From contig OU015569.1 of assembly GCA_907165135.1 (NCBI GenBank), positions 6,064,769 through 6,128,768 of the forward strand: 64,000 nucleotides of DNA, written 5' to 3'. The notes under the pieces are model-generated. The model was not told where the DNA came from, did not search any database, and worked only from the letters and a program-made list of their open reading frames with translations. Shown piece after piece: positions 25,199 to 39,460 of this stretch. The position numbers and the translations under genes are program-made. Origin of the DNA: Oikopleura dioica (lineage: Eukaryota; Animalia; Chordata). The stretch's first letter is position 1, and each line of letters starts with the position of its first letter.

Positions 25199-26508
25199 TT
25201 ACAGAAGGTATACTTTTTTAAAATCTAACTTAGAAAAGGTTTCATTTGTTCGTGGACAAGTCATTGTATCGTCTGCTGGATTCGTGAGGAGATTGATTGC
25301 ACGTTGGCCGTATACATTTCCATTGGGCAGCATCAGCTTCAATTTAAGATAAGACAAAGTGGTCAGGGCTTGTATAGAGCTAGTACCGGAGGATTGTTCT
25401 CATTTATATCGTCCCCACTAGCAGCGCAGATGAATTGCGACTGCGTGCAATGAGAATACGGAAGCCGTTTTGCAATTGAATTTAAGAAGACAGAACAAAC
25501 GGGGCACGAGTCGGATTGATGGTAATTTGAGTAGCACTGGTGTGTTTTTAAAGAGCTTAATCAAAGTAAACTAATCGAAGTTGATTCATCTTTACGCACC
25601 TTAATCCCGCCTCTAAAGTCGCCTCAAAAACGGAAACATCCGAAACTTGGTGAACTCTTAGAACATCGTTGCGACACATTTGGCAAAGAAACTCCCATCT
25701 GTCTTCGCTAGATAATGGATAGAGAAAAGTCACAGAGGAGCATGTACCTGAATAAAGCTTTATATGCGCCAACATGTGTGGTCGGCTGAAAAACAAGAAG
25801 TGCCATCGCCCGTCCTAGCTCTGTCGACTTGGCAGATTGGGGAACGAGGTCTGTCATAAATTTTCTAGCGTACTCCATTGCCTCGATTCGTTTGTCCTCT
25901 GTTATCAGCGTTATAAAGTTCTGAAGACGGAGTTCCCATTCAAACCGCGACTTGATCTTACGCAGCCTCGATTTATTTTCAGCGCACCAGGCGAGACACT
26001 CTGCTGTGGACTGCTTCCGAAGCGACGCTTCCAAGTCTGTTATTTTGACAAAAAGGTTCGCGTTGACGAGATCGTTCAAGTTAAGAATCTGGGCAAGTTT
26101 GAGCGACGTCTCTTGATAGCCAAATTGGAAAAGATACTCCGTCAGCTGGCGATAGAATCGATCCGTGTTCCATGATTGAAGATTACTTTTAAATGACTGA
26201 AGATGATTCAATCTGTTCTTCAGAGCAGTACACTCATTGTTTTGAGACATGGATATTTTCTTGACGCGCTCTCGAGCAGCATCAAGCTTCTTTTTAAACT
26301 CAGCTTTCTTCTTCGCAAATTTTTTTGGATTGTCGCGAAGCTTCTCTATTTCCGAAATGATCGTGTTCATATTCGTGACTTCTTTGTCGATAATACGTTG
26401 TCCGACGCGGAATTTTCTGTTCAGTGTTTCATAGGGAACCCGAAGAAGAGAGAACTCCTGGACACGAATGCAGTCCTCAGTGTTGGTAGCTTCATCGAAG
26501 CTGACCAT
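25199..26508 (-). CDS. MAEA: MAEA (macrophage erythroblast attacher; GID/CTLH E3 subunit) homolog with LisH-CTLH and a C-terminal RING-like domain.
   Basis: ORF 25708-26508 reads VQEFSLLRVPYETLNRKFR...ECLAWCAENKSRLRKIKSRFEWELRLQNFI..., matching MAEA. Downstream exons give DRWEFLCQMCRNDVLRVHQVSDVSVFEATLEAGL, then CPVCSVFLNS...NENNPP, then LMLPNGNVYG...TCPRTNETFSKLDFKKVYLL-stop. Confidence 0.9.
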
Positions 26509-26754
26509 TTTGTTCCGAGAACTAAAAAATCAAGACTGCCTGAGAATTTTCGTAGACAATATATTGAACTTTGACTTAGATGAGATTAAATTTGAAACTC
26601 TGCAGCAGAAAGCAGTAAAGATCGGAGTTAACGTAGGACAGTCTTGAATTTCCATTTATTGCACAAACCAGAAGGTTAAAAAATAAGACCTAATAGACAC
26701 AAAAGGACAGTAAGAAAAGAATATGCTAAAATTGTTCTTAACAATGTTTAAAAT

Positions 26755-27530
26755 TTAAAGGTAGGATTGCGCTTCTCTATTAAGAAGAGTGAGCGCAGTT
26801 AATATGGCTAAAACGGCCCACTTGATCTTCGGATAGTCATTCATTATAATAGTGACCATTCCGACATACGGAGCCATCGCTTTTGCTCGTCCGACGACGT
26901 CCTTCGGCCGGATCCACATTTGGCCTCGATTGTAGAGAGCTCGATCATCAACACTGTTGTTGTCGCCCTATGATTGGTATTACGTTATAGCCGATAACTT
27001 ACAGGTAAACAGCATTACCTTGGTAAGAAGCTTGACTTCGCCAGTTTCTGTGTTTTCGTGACGTTTCAGGACTCTGTGCACAATCGGAATATCTCTACCC
27101 TCTATTTTGAAGACAACAATCTCGCCGGCATCAATTGGTTCCTTATCATCTGATTACTGGATGATGCCAAAGAAAAACTCACCTTTCGGTCGTGATACAG
27201 AAAAAGTAAGTCGCCTCGATAAAAGGCAGGTTCCATCGAGCCAGACAAAACAACGACAATAGGCGACTCTGAGAATGAATGCTCAAGTACCAATCTGCTT
27301 ATTAATGATGACTCTACCTGTTCCAGATAAGACGAAAAGACCTTTCCAGACCATAAGAGCGGAGGACACAATCATCGCAAAGTTAAGAAACTAAAATGAG
27401 ACGTATAAGATACGAAAAAGGGCTTGGACCCAACCTGGTAATAAACTTGACGTTTGTTCATCCGCCGGACGTCTGAGAAGGTGTCCGACTCCCAGACACC
27501 CTGGAACCAGTCTGATATGAATCCCAGCAT
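26755..27530 (-). CDS. SEC11: Signal peptidase complex catalytic subunit SEC11.
   Basis: Five exons read MLGF...[11 protein letters not shown] / [24 protein letters not shown] / [29 protein letters not shown] / [24 protein letters not shown]...KLLTKG / [12 protein letters not shown]...[11 protein letters not shown]. Confidence 0.9.
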
Positions 27531-27708
27531 CTAAATCTATCCTTTGAGACGAAGAAAGAATTAAAATGAAAATCCAAGGAATAATTATGTGAATTAAGTT
27601 GAGAGTGGGATTTCAGATTGAAAGTTTGAAGTGGAGATGTTAATTTTTATAAAAATAAATCTTGGAAGAACTCATCGTATTCTTGCTCCTTGGTTTTCTC
27701 CTCTTCGA

Positions 27709-28624
27709 CGTTTACGGGCTTGCTCCAAATCGCATCTGGATCGGTTTCCTCGGCGCCGAGTTCCTCTTCGTCTTCCTTGATTTTTGCTGAATTTCTCTGT
27801 CTGTTTTGCGCTTCTTGGCGGAATCAGGATCAGATTTGACCTCTGCTTCTTCTTCGGCCTTGCGTTTCTTCCTAGCGAGAGCGTTTTGTTCTTTTGTAAT
27901 AGCCTCCTGTTGCTCTTGCAAGAGCGTAACGCGATTTTTCGCTCTTCTTATTTCTGTATATTTTGTGTTATGATTTAGTTTTGCGCTAAATATTATTTAC
28001 TTATCAGATTTAAAATGTAATCGAACCTGCACTCGGCACAGAGTCGAACTTTGACAAGTGCCATTTTCTTTTTATCGTTTTCAGCATATCCAAACGGAAC
28101 TTCCCAAGTTCTAAGGCCTTCAGTTTCGGAACATGTTTTCTTCTGTGCACAGATAAATTGGCCTTTTCCCTCGATCACTTCTTTTTCAATGCGCCAGCGG
28201 AATGCAATGCGATTCTCTATAAAAACCGCTTAGTTGTGTTATTTCATGGTTTTGAAACTTGCTTTTATAGTAAGTCAAGTCCGTTATTGCGTATTCTTTG
28301 AACAGCTTGTCCCAGTATTTCTTCGCGATTCTTTGTTCCCACGAAAGTGACTTTGGATTCTCTTCGTCACCGTCGCCGTCCTCCCACAAAAACTTGTGGT
28401 TCTCCTTTACCACGTCAATGTCTCTTTTGAATTTTGTCTTGTCTGGTCGCATCGCCTTTCTACCTATAATTTGTGCTGGTCGTTGCCTTGCTGTAACAAT
28501 TTACCTGCACTGCCATGGTAAGATAGATAGTTATTAACAAGAGTCTTATGACGATCAAAAGCACTCTGAATATTCATCCCTGCTTTTTTTACTTTTGGTT
28601 TTTCAACAGGTTCTTCGATCGGCA
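27709..28624 (-). CDS. FRA10AC1: FRA10AC1 homolog.
   Basis: ...NIQSAFDRHKTLVNNYLSYHG..., then ...ENHKFLWEDGDGDEENPKSLSWEQRIAKKYWDKLFKEYAITDLTYYK..., then GKGQFICAQKKTCSETEGLRTWEVPFGYAENDKKKMALVKVRLCAEC, plus a basic C-tail. Confidence 0.8.
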
Positions 28625-28769
28625 TTCCATTCAAGCGTCTTTTAGTTGGTTTCAGGTTGTTTTCTGACTCCTTAATTCTCTGTTAGCGTCTGTTGATTAT
28701 GTCACAGCCTTACGCTTGGCAGTTTTTTCATAAATTTGCTTGAGGAGTAATGAGAAGATCTCGACATGA

Positions 28770-29605
28770 TTAGTTTTTGAATTGATACTGTGACTGATGC
28801 TGTTGCGTTGGTTGTTGTTGTTGATGCTGCTTCGGTTGATGTTGCTGAAGCTGTTGTTGATGTAAGGTCGTTTGTTGATGATGCTGTTGCGGCCTAGTGA
28901 CGATTTGTTCCTAAAAAGATAGTATTCTTAAGCTATGTGAAGGATGTACCTGTAGTTTGACTGGGACTTTGGGAACTTTTTGAATTTGCGCGGCACTCAA
29001 GTGAAAGACTGCGAGGTTGATGAGCTCTTTATGGACGTTCTCCGGACTGAAATTTTCATAAATAGACGCTTTATTATATTTCTCGTAACCTTTCCGGATG
29101 CTCCAGCTCCGGAATAGACTTGAATAAGAGAATAAGGACGTTGGAAACGTAAAGAATAGTATCCAAAAGAGTGTCAAGACTTCGATCGATGTTTGGTACG
29201 TCGCCGTTTTGAAGATGCTTAAAGATACGATCGAAAAGTAATAGCTCCAACGTTTCTTACAGTTTCAATATTTGTTGAAATGTCTTTTAGTCGTTCTCCG
29301 ATAAGCGAAAAGTGGGACGCGAGGAGGGTAAAAACGGAAACGGGCTGAGACTGAATGCCACTTTGAAGCGGTGGAATAATCTGTTGATCAAGAGCGGGTG
29401 CTAATCGTCGAGCTTGATTGAGAGCTTGTCTGGCTTGTTGATTCTTGATTTGATTTCTTGACAGTTGATGAGTGTTCTGCTGATAAACTGGTCTTTGTTG
29501 GAATGACTTCTGCTGGGGCTGAGCGGTCTCGTTTTGCGTCTTCTGCGAAGACTCCTCGGACGTAGTCAAATTCTGCAAAAAATCCAGCGACTGCTCATTG
29601 GACAT
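28770..29605 (-). CDS. Gln-rich protein of unknown function, with a Q/N-rich N-terminus and a poly-Gln/His C-terminus.
   Basis: ORFs 29219-29605 and 28911-29177, plus the minus-strand translation of 28790-28910, give ...QQHHQQTTLHQQQLQQHQPKQHQQQQ. Confidence 0.4.
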
Positions 29606-29737
29606 CTAAATTTAAGAATAATTAATCGGGCACTGGTACGCTTGGGCTTTATAATTCGACAGAAGAATTAATATCAAGCGCCTGGGTCGTCCATTTCTTC
29701 GTTTTCAGCCGCGGCATCGAGTCGAATTCCCCGTCCC

Positions 29738-30259
29738 ACTCTAACCATTCTTCGAGACTCTGTAAGAATGTTTCTTTATTCCGGCAAAATAATCTTGCTT
29801 CACCTTGAAATTAAAAAGGTTTGGGCCTTCCAGTCCAGATGAATCAATAAGCTGCCGTTCTTTAAGAACTAGGGCGTTGATGTTTGCTTTAAAATTCTTA
29901 TTTTTGAGCAAAAGTTGATCCAAAATACCTAATCTACTTCCTGTTGTTTTTCGTTTGAGAATTTGATTAGTTTCGCTTATTTGGTTGAGTTCTTCGTCGA
30001 ATCTATGCAGATACTTTCTGAAGAAGTCCTGTGCATCTGCCTTGGTAAAATCCTTCAAGTCTACAAGTCGCTCGCGCATTTCATCCTGATACCACTTAAA
30101 CATCGATATTTTGGCGGCAATTTGTTCTGCCTTTCGGTCTTCTTTCAGCTGCAATCGTTCCTCGCGTATTTTCGCACCAGCCAGTTTTAAAGCTTTTCTT
30201 GAATTAGGATGTGGGGATTTTTTCTTCGCATTTTTTTGAATTTTGCCCGTCGTTTTCAT
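29738..30259 (-). CDS. TMA16: Translation machinery-associated protein 16 (TMA16) homolog.
   Basis: MKTTGKIQKNAKKKSPHPNSRKALKLAGAKIREE...FKWYQDEM...YLHRFDEELNQI resembles TMA16 (MPKAPKGKKVIHPYSRKA...). Confidence 0.65.
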
Positions 30260-30379
30260 TCTGATAGTCAAACAAGGAAAAATAATTCGACTTGAAATTT
30301 ATTTGCACAATGAAAATAAGGCACGTAAGGAAGCAATCTGGATAGGAGAAAAATTTTTACAGAAAATAGGAAATTCAGT

Positions 30380-32404
30380 AAGGGTGCGCTTGTTTGGGGA
30401 AGAGAGGGGTCCTGTTTTGTTGATCGTCGTTCGGCGTTGACGTGAAAAAGTTGGTGGAGGGATGGAAAGGCATCGGGTAATGTTGCAGTGGAGTGGAAGT
30501 TGAAGAAGTCTAAAAACGGAATATGAGATCGCCGAGAGAAGAGTCCAGTTCTCACCCAGTTCAGAGGATAGGCAGGTTGAGGGAAGGTGGAACGATACTG
30601 AGAATAGTCCTGAGGAATGTACGAGTAGGTCATGTTGTTCACGTTGCGCTTGAGTTGCTCTTCGTATTTTCGCTGCTCTTCCGCCAACTGTTCTTCGCGA
30701 AGGGTCTGTTCTTCTCGCTCTTTTTGATTTTTGAGGAATAAAGAGCTCTTGGAAGCTATAAACTCGCAAATATCGGTGCCAGCCGCTTTCATATCCTCTA
30801 TCAAGTCAGATTCAAGCTTCGCGACAGTCTTCTTTATTCTGACCATTGGGAGCCGCGAGGAGGGATCGTCGCACCAGCAGTCAACCTAAATAGATTAAAA
30901 AAACACGTGAACAGAATAATATCTCGAACCTGCAATTTGGCTAGGATTCGAGTTGCTGAATCTAAGTTCCATTTGGGATTATGAGTTGGCCGCATTTTTC
31001 TGTCGCAGATTATGTTTTCCATTTCTTGAAATTGCGGATCTGCAGAGACCACGTCGAAAAACGCTGGCTCGTAAAATAGGCCCTCATCTAAAAAGGAGAT
31101 ATTTGTAGAAGTAACAATCAATAACAAACCGTCTCCAACAGGAATGCATCGAGTAATCTCCCAAATGAGTAGGCCAAGAGCATAGACATCGGCCCTTTGA
31201 AAGGCAGTGAAATCCTTTAAATTGATTGTTTCAGCCAGTATTTCTGGTGCCATGTAGCGGCGAGTTCCAATTTTAATCTTGGGAAAGCTATTGCCAAAAT
31301 CGGCTTTTCCATCTGGATTACGCTTAACTGCCATTCCAAAATCAGCGACGCAACATGTTAGATCATTTTTCACGAGAATATTTCGCGACTTGATATCTCT
31401 GTGAGCGATGGCAACTTTGTATTTGCCTTGATTCTGATCTCCAAAGGGCGAGTGGCCATCAATACCGCAGTGCAAGTGGACGAGGCCAGAGAGAGCGGAG
31501 TTGAGTAAACGGACGGCGATGAGTTTGTCGATCTTTTCGACTCGAAGAAAGTCATAGAGGCTTCCAAGCTGATGATAAGCAGTAATCAGAAGCAGTTCTG
31601 TGTATCCATGGTCGCAAGAACGCATATCCGCTCCGATGAAATCCAAAATATTCAAATGGCGAAGCATACTCGTCGCATAAATGTTCGTTTCTCGATAAAA
31701 GGACTCTCCTTCTGTAGACTTCACACATTTGATCGCGACCGTTCGTCCTTTAAAGCTCGCTTTCCACACCTCTCCGTACCGTCCCTTTCCGATGGGCTGT
31801 CCTGTGAAGCATGTCTTGCCAAGGTCCTTTGTAATTGTTCGTAGGAGCACTTCTGGGTCACCTTGTCCACTACCAGAAGTCTCATCAATCGCCGAGGTCG
31901 TCGTGTTCGCATGATCCACAGTTGATTCCAACGGGACTCGCTCTTCTGCACTACTGTGATGCTTTTTCAGAAGATTTTTCACTCGACCGAGACAGTTACG
32001 TTTGATAGCAACTACGGAGAGAATAACGATTATAAAACCGCCGCAGATACCTAAGTAAAAGTTAACGCTGGTGACTATTTTGGCATCATACTTATAACGA
32101 GTTTGAGAACGTTTGCTTGGTCGGAGTAAATAGAAACGTTAGATTCGGAAACGGCATTTTTTACATTGTTGCACAAGTCTTCTTTACAGCAGTCAACATG
32201 GGTTGAAGAACCTTTTATCGAGTTAAACGCGCAAACGCCGCGGTGAAGCAAATTGTCATGATCTAGACATCTTCTCTCCGAGCCTCCATCTGTATAATAC
32301 GTAACGCAAGTGCCTTCGGTCGTACAAAAACCAGTCTCGGGGCAGTCAGGCTGGTCACAAACGCACAACACACTCATAACATCGAGAAAACAATCTGATT
32401 TCAA
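30380..32404 (-). CDS. TGF-beta/activin type I receptor-like Ser/Thr kinase. It has an ectodomain Cys box, a TM segment, a GS-like SGSGQG motif, a kinase domain and an unusually long C-terminal tail.
   Basis: ORF 32075-32404 carries ...CCKEDLCNN. ORF 30834-31982 carries IGKGRYGEVW...HRDIKSRNILV...DFGMA. Kinase exons splice into the 30268-30846 ORF as CWCDDPSSRLPMVRIKKTVAKL.... The 5-prime exon holding a signal peptide was not located. Confidence 0.85.
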
Positions 32405-32652
32405 TGTAAGTGTATTAATTTTTACTTTTGATTGGGTTTTATATTACGCTGGCATTATTTGAAGTAGTAAATGCCGTGAGCGTCAGAGAAGAAGAGGTTT
32501 TTCAAAAATTTCTAGATCTGAAGAAAGAACGTGTAAATCAATCAACAAAAGAATTTGGGCACATTGAATAAATTTATACTACTTTTCATGTTCGGAAGCT
32601 CATTCGCGGCTTCTGCTTGCGCTAGAAAAGACGGTTTGCTTTTATATATTCC

Positions 32653-34222
32653 GGACTATTTTACTTGTTGTCGTTTGAGGTCGCGTTTGTTAAGGTCATA
32701 TTCTAGTTTCTTTTGTTTTTCGGGATCTTGTTCTTCGAACATTTTCTTGTACTCTTCCCTGCGTGTTTCTTCCTTCTTTCGAGCAAGTTCTTCTTGCCTT
32801 TCTTGGTGTCGGATTCTATCTTGCGCTTCAGCTTGCTTCGCGCGGCGTTTCTTGTGCTTTTCGTAAGCCTCTAACATTACAGTTGCCCACAGAATGCTCT
32901 TGCAGAAATAAATACCTTTTCCAAGGCTAAATTTAGCAAGTTGATCAACAAAGTAGACAGCCAGTTTCAAAAATTGAGTCGCATTCTGTTGAACATCCTT
33001 CATGTCAAAGACGAATATACAAACTTTGGAGATAGGTTCAGACTCTTCACCGTCGGGCACTCGAGGTCCAACGAAACTGTCCGAAACGTGAAGAGAGATC
33101 AGCGAGTCTTTAGCAGAAGCAAATAGGTTGCACATCTAGAATTCATTTTTAAAGTGCATTAAAGAGTCCCTCACCTTCTTATCGAAGACAGACAATGAAT
33201 CCACTGTTTCAGCTACGTAAGACATATTTGAAAGGCCGAGCTTATCCGCGGAACGGATCTTATCGGCACAAAATGTTCCAACGTCTGGATAGTTCTCGAA
33301 GACCTCCTTGACAGTTGATGACTTTCCCACGACAAAACAGAGAGGCTCAATCTTCTCCATCGTAAATTTAAGAATCATTCTGTCGGAAGTCGGTTGAATA
33401 TACTAGAAAGTATATTCATCGATTTTCGAACATCAATATCGCTTTCAATACCGTTGAATAGATAGCACTCATAGCATCCTGGCGTTTATTTAATCGAAGT
33501 GTCGCAAGAAGACCGTCAACATTCATTCTTCCAGAGCACCAGATACTGAAAACATGATCCGCATCTCTAGTCATCTGCAAAGACGAAACTGGTTCTTTTT
33601 GCATGCGATCATCACCAACGAGGGCAAATTGACTCTCCAAGAAAGGCTTCGTTCAAGAATTAATTGCTGTAACAGCATTTTGGACATACCTGGGCAGTGC
33701 CGAACCAATCAGTAGCAATAGTTCCGTTTGTAAGTCTTCCATAAACGTAGTTAACAATGTAAATGACGATAATAGCGGATAGTCCGTATTCGATTGTGTA
33801 AACTGGTTTAACAGGTCGAGCATTTTTTGGCACTTCGTTCACATTGATTACTTTCAAATCGTCACTCGGCTTAGAATCTTGAAATGTCAGCTATTACAAA
33901 AGAAAACAGATAAATTTAGTACTGGTAGGTATGTTTTCGAATTCATCGGGGTCTAACTCTTCGTCAGTTCTATCCATCATTTCATGGCCAACATCGACAC
34001 CTTCACTGAACTCGTTGAAATCAACTGGCTCGTCATCATCGATTTCTTCGATCACTGCTTCCTCGTCAACAGTTGCGGGCACATCATCCTTTGAGAAATA
34101 ATATCAGAAACTCCTGCGATTCCTTGACTACTGAAATCAAGGAAGACTAACCTCGTCACCATTGAATGCTGCGAAATCATCCTGCGCATACGCAAAAGCG
34201 AAAAGAAAGAAAAGAAACGATG
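32653..34222 (-). CDS. CCDC47: CCDC47 (calumin) homolog. It has a signal peptide, an acidic luminal region, a TM segment, a conserved core and a charged C-terminal coiled coil.
   Basis: MKLASFLFFLFAFAYA..., then DDDEPVDFNEF..., then the TM LSAIIVIYIVNYVYG, then FALVGDDRMQKEP...HVFSIWCSGRMNVDGLLATLRLNKRQD (versus human FTLVGDDGTNKEA...HIYNLWCSGR...LRFLKRQD), then a KR/E-rich tail. Confidence 0.8.
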
Positions 34223-34519
34223 CTAACTTCATTTTTAGTTCATTAGCGAACCTAGATCTAAGATTAAGTCAGTTATATTTATCCGAAATCTGTAACATTT
34301 TCTACAAGCAGAGATCTCATTTATTAAAGTAGGAAAATGTTATGACGGAGAAGTCATCAACAAGATTGAAGAATAAAAATATAGTAAGGCAATCACGACG
34401 GAAATAATTACACAGAAAGTAAGAAATAGACGTAGTAGATGTTTTGGATATAGATAGGTGAGTGTACTTTGAGTTGACTCGTTGCGAACAGATGCATACT
34501 TTGAATAGCTGTACTTTGT

Positions 34520-36436
34520 TTATTTTTTAGCAGATTTTTTCGACTTTTCAGGTTTGTCTTTGGGTTTCTTTATGAGAATCTTCTTCAGCTTTCGTATCGT
34601 GCCAGATTTTTTAACTGAAACATTTTATCGACTCTTTTAAAAAGATAAATTATAAGTTCTACCTCGAGCAACTTGTTTTTCAGCAGGAATATCGAACTGT
34701 GCTTCAGGTTCAAAGTTTTCTGGTTTAGAAGAGTTTTCGATCAGTTGACTCAGTTCGTCTTTTTTGTTCACAACATCGACGATTTGTGCCATCAGAAGTT
34801 CTTCCACTTCAACGTGGGAGTCATCTTCACATGGTCTTAATTGATACTTAACCTTTGAGTAAGACCGATGATCCTTACTTATTGAGCACCTTTCGCATTT
34901 GATACTCTAGCTCGGCATGTCTCTCATCTAACAGATTAAATCGAAGTCTAAGAAGTCAATATGTTTCTACCTCAGACAAAAGAAACTCACTGGTATCCAA
35001 GGAATTTGTGCTTTTCCGCGAGAGCGGTCCTGTTTTTAATTATCGAAATCCACTCTTTGAAGAGTTCTTGATCATCTTCAATAACTGCGTCGTCCTGAGA
35101 CTCTGTTACTCGTATGATATCTTCGAGTTTCTGGCACTGAGATTCGAGCCCGTGAATCTCCTCTTCAACTTTGAGCAATTGTGAGCGAATTTCATCCGTG
35201 TTAACAGTCACTGTACGTTTAACGACAGGATTACCATAACCTGGAGCTTTGCCTTTCGGCTTCGGCGGAGGGGGACGTTTTGGGCGTGAGGGGTTGAAAG
35301 GAGCCACGTTTGGCGGTGGAAGTGGTGCCATTTCTTTCTTTCGTGGCGAATTGACAATTTTCGGCGGCGGCGGGCGAGCGGGTGGTTTCTTCGCGAACGG
35401 ATTCGTTTCTGAATCATCCTCTTCTTCATCTTCGCTAGCTGAGCCGAAGGGATTGCCAGGAGGTTCAGTAATTTTCGAGCGCGGTGCGGGTATTGGAACT
35501 TTTACTTCTTCCGCTCCTTCGTCGCTACTTTCACAATCACCGAATGGGTTCCCATTTTCACTTTCTTTTCGTTTTTCTCTTTCTTCGGTTTCTTCTTTTA
35601 GACTTTCTTGCTCTTCCTCAGAATCATCTCCGAAAGGGTTCCCTGATTTTATCGATGGATTGTTGGATTGAGCATTGTCAGACTCCGAGTTCGAATCAAT
35701 GGTAATTTCTTTAAACTTGAGCCTGAGATCAAAACCAGATTCAGAGGTCGCTGATTTTTCATCTTCCAGCTTTATCTTTTCTCCGGCTTCCTTCTTCATG
35801 AAATTCTCAAGTTGAGGCAAAGAGTTGTTGTTTAAAATATCTTCGTCTTTTAAATTGCTATAAAATGAGTCAAGATCATTTTGAAAGAATCATGATTCAA
35901 AGATTGAATTGTGTTTTAGAGCATGCCTGTGGAACAAATTTCGTGAAATCTCTTCTCGAATTCACACCGCTCAAAAAGCCTCCTCGTTAGCGATGACCCC
36001 TCTTTTTCTTTGCTGCTTATAAAACAAGTTTCTTCCGGGTTTTTCTTCATTCCTCTTTCTTGAGCAAGTAAGTAGTAAAGTTCGGCGACAAAAGTGATAT
36101 TTTCTAACAGCGCTGAGCCTCGCAAAAGATCTTCTTGTGAGAAAAAGGGTTTGATTTTGAGCTTCGTTTCTGAAACTTGGACGATTTGCTCAAACATCTC
36201 GTCTGGAGATTGATTGGATACGTCCAATCTAATCATATCGGGTCGATGCTAGGTGGATGATGAGTGATTTCCTCGCGTGCTTTACTTACATTATAAATGA
36301 TAGAAAGATAGGCTTTTCCATCAACCCAATCTCTGGTGAAATTTTGAATCTCGGGTGAATTCCTCAATCTAAGGTGTCCATTTACCCATTTTAACAATTC
36401 TTTCAATTCCATCGCCAACAGACTAAATCTACTCAA
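34520..36436 (-). CDS. MICAL-like/EHBP1-like protein with an N-terminal calponin-homology domain, four NPF motifs and a C-terminal bMERB-like coiled coil. No LIM domain was seen.
   Basis: The CH domain reads LLKWVNGHLRLRNSPEIQNFTRDWVDGKAYLSIIYN. ORF 34987-35820 carries GNPFGDD, NGNPFGD, GNPFGS and TNPFAKK. The C-terminal helix reads EIRSQLLKVEEEIHGLESQCQKLEDII.... Confidence 0.7.
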
Positions 36437-36625
36437 TCAAAAAATGAGAATTCGAAGGTTATGTACACTTATTGCACGGGCAGATTATAGAAAACAGAAG
36501 AGATTTTTATGCTGAGCCAAAATACCGCTGCCCAATGGCGCGTACACGCAATAAAAATGACTTATTTTTGATTTCTCCATCTGGGTTATAAAATGGGTTC
36601 AATCGAAGCCGCAGCCAGATATCGT

Positions 36626-37070
36626 TCACGTCCTAAACAGATCCATCGTTCTCTCATTCTTTTCTATAAGTTCTATTCTTGCCTGGAAAAAATTGCGAAC
36701 GGCGTCTTCGTTAATTTGATCGTGCACCATAATAAACTTGGCTCCACCAGGAGTTAAGTACGCCGATATGTGCCACTCATTGAAACGGTCAACGCTCTTC
36801 AAAAAGCACTGACTAATTGATTTCGCATAATAAAAGAAAGAAAGCTATTCTGGTCTCACCTTGTTGCCCGTGCCCTGGCCTCCACTAGATCGAGCGACGC
36901 GTGTGCAATCAACTGGCAAAGATGGCGCTGCTCTTTCTCGCGTTTCTGATTGAACTCCGTTTCTAGCAGCGGTCTTTCTCTGGTCAAATACATTGCTCCA
37001 AAACTATTTCTTTAAACAGGAGTGCTTCCACCATTCCTGTCACTTCCACCGACCAAGGCGAAGTAATAAG
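36626..37070 (-). CDS. TRAPPC2: TRAPP complex subunit 2 (sedlin).
   Basis: ...QRHLCQLIAHASLDLVEA... / CFLKSVDRFNEWHISAYLTPGGAKFIMVHDQINEDAVRNFFQ matches human HLNQFIAHAALDLVDE / [29 protein letters not shown]. The N-terminal exon MTGSYYFALVGG is inferred. Confidence 0.75.
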
Positions 37071-37813
37071 AGCCCGTCATCGTCGTTTACGAGCCGTCTA
37101 GTAAGAATACAAATAAAACCAAGGACATTCGAAATGATATTTATTCATAATAATTATCTTGTAGAAAATAATCGGAGTCTAGCACAAGGCAATGTTTCGG
37201 ATTTGAAGAGCTTGATGAACTCAGAACAGAAATTTGACAAGGGTATGAACCTATTAGAATTTATCAACAGTTAGCTACAACGAACTGTGAAAACAACGCT
37301 GTGAACTTTAACAGAAAGGAATTTTTCGGTTGGAAAAACGGGCGAGAGATACATGTGGTGTAATTTAAAACTAGAACTACTAGAAAACTAGCTAATCAAA
37401 AGCTTTGAACAGGAGCCTTGCCAGATTTAAGACGAACAGTTTTTTTAATCAACTGAAAAAAGGGTATTTTTCAACTGAACTCCTCTAGATTTATTTCATT
37501 GATAACCCGAGAAGTACAAAACCACGTCGTTGAAGTAAAGAAATCTTGCTTTAATTATCTTGATTATGCGAGTTTTTCTGGACACCAAGAAAAATCTACT
37601 AATTGAGCACATTTGTACAGGAAGAAGGACGTGAAACTGTGCTTGTGTTCCCGCAGCTCGTAATAGAACGGCTCACATGCCTTGTTGAACAAAGAATTAA
37701 AAATGAATACTTCAATATGTTGTATGTTTATAAGTCAGTGAGAAAATAATGAAATGTTCAGATGAGTGCGGTTCGGTAGGCTATAATGGAAGAAAGAGCG
37801 ATTTTGAAGTCGG

Positions 37814-39460
<1,647 letters not shown>

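Noticed and set aside
28790-28910. CAG/CAA-type repeat (tgttgttgttgatgctg...) read as a microsatellite
   Set aside because: On the minus strand it is in frame as a poly-Gln/His tract of the Q-rich gene, so it is coding low-complexity sequence rather than a non-coding repeat.
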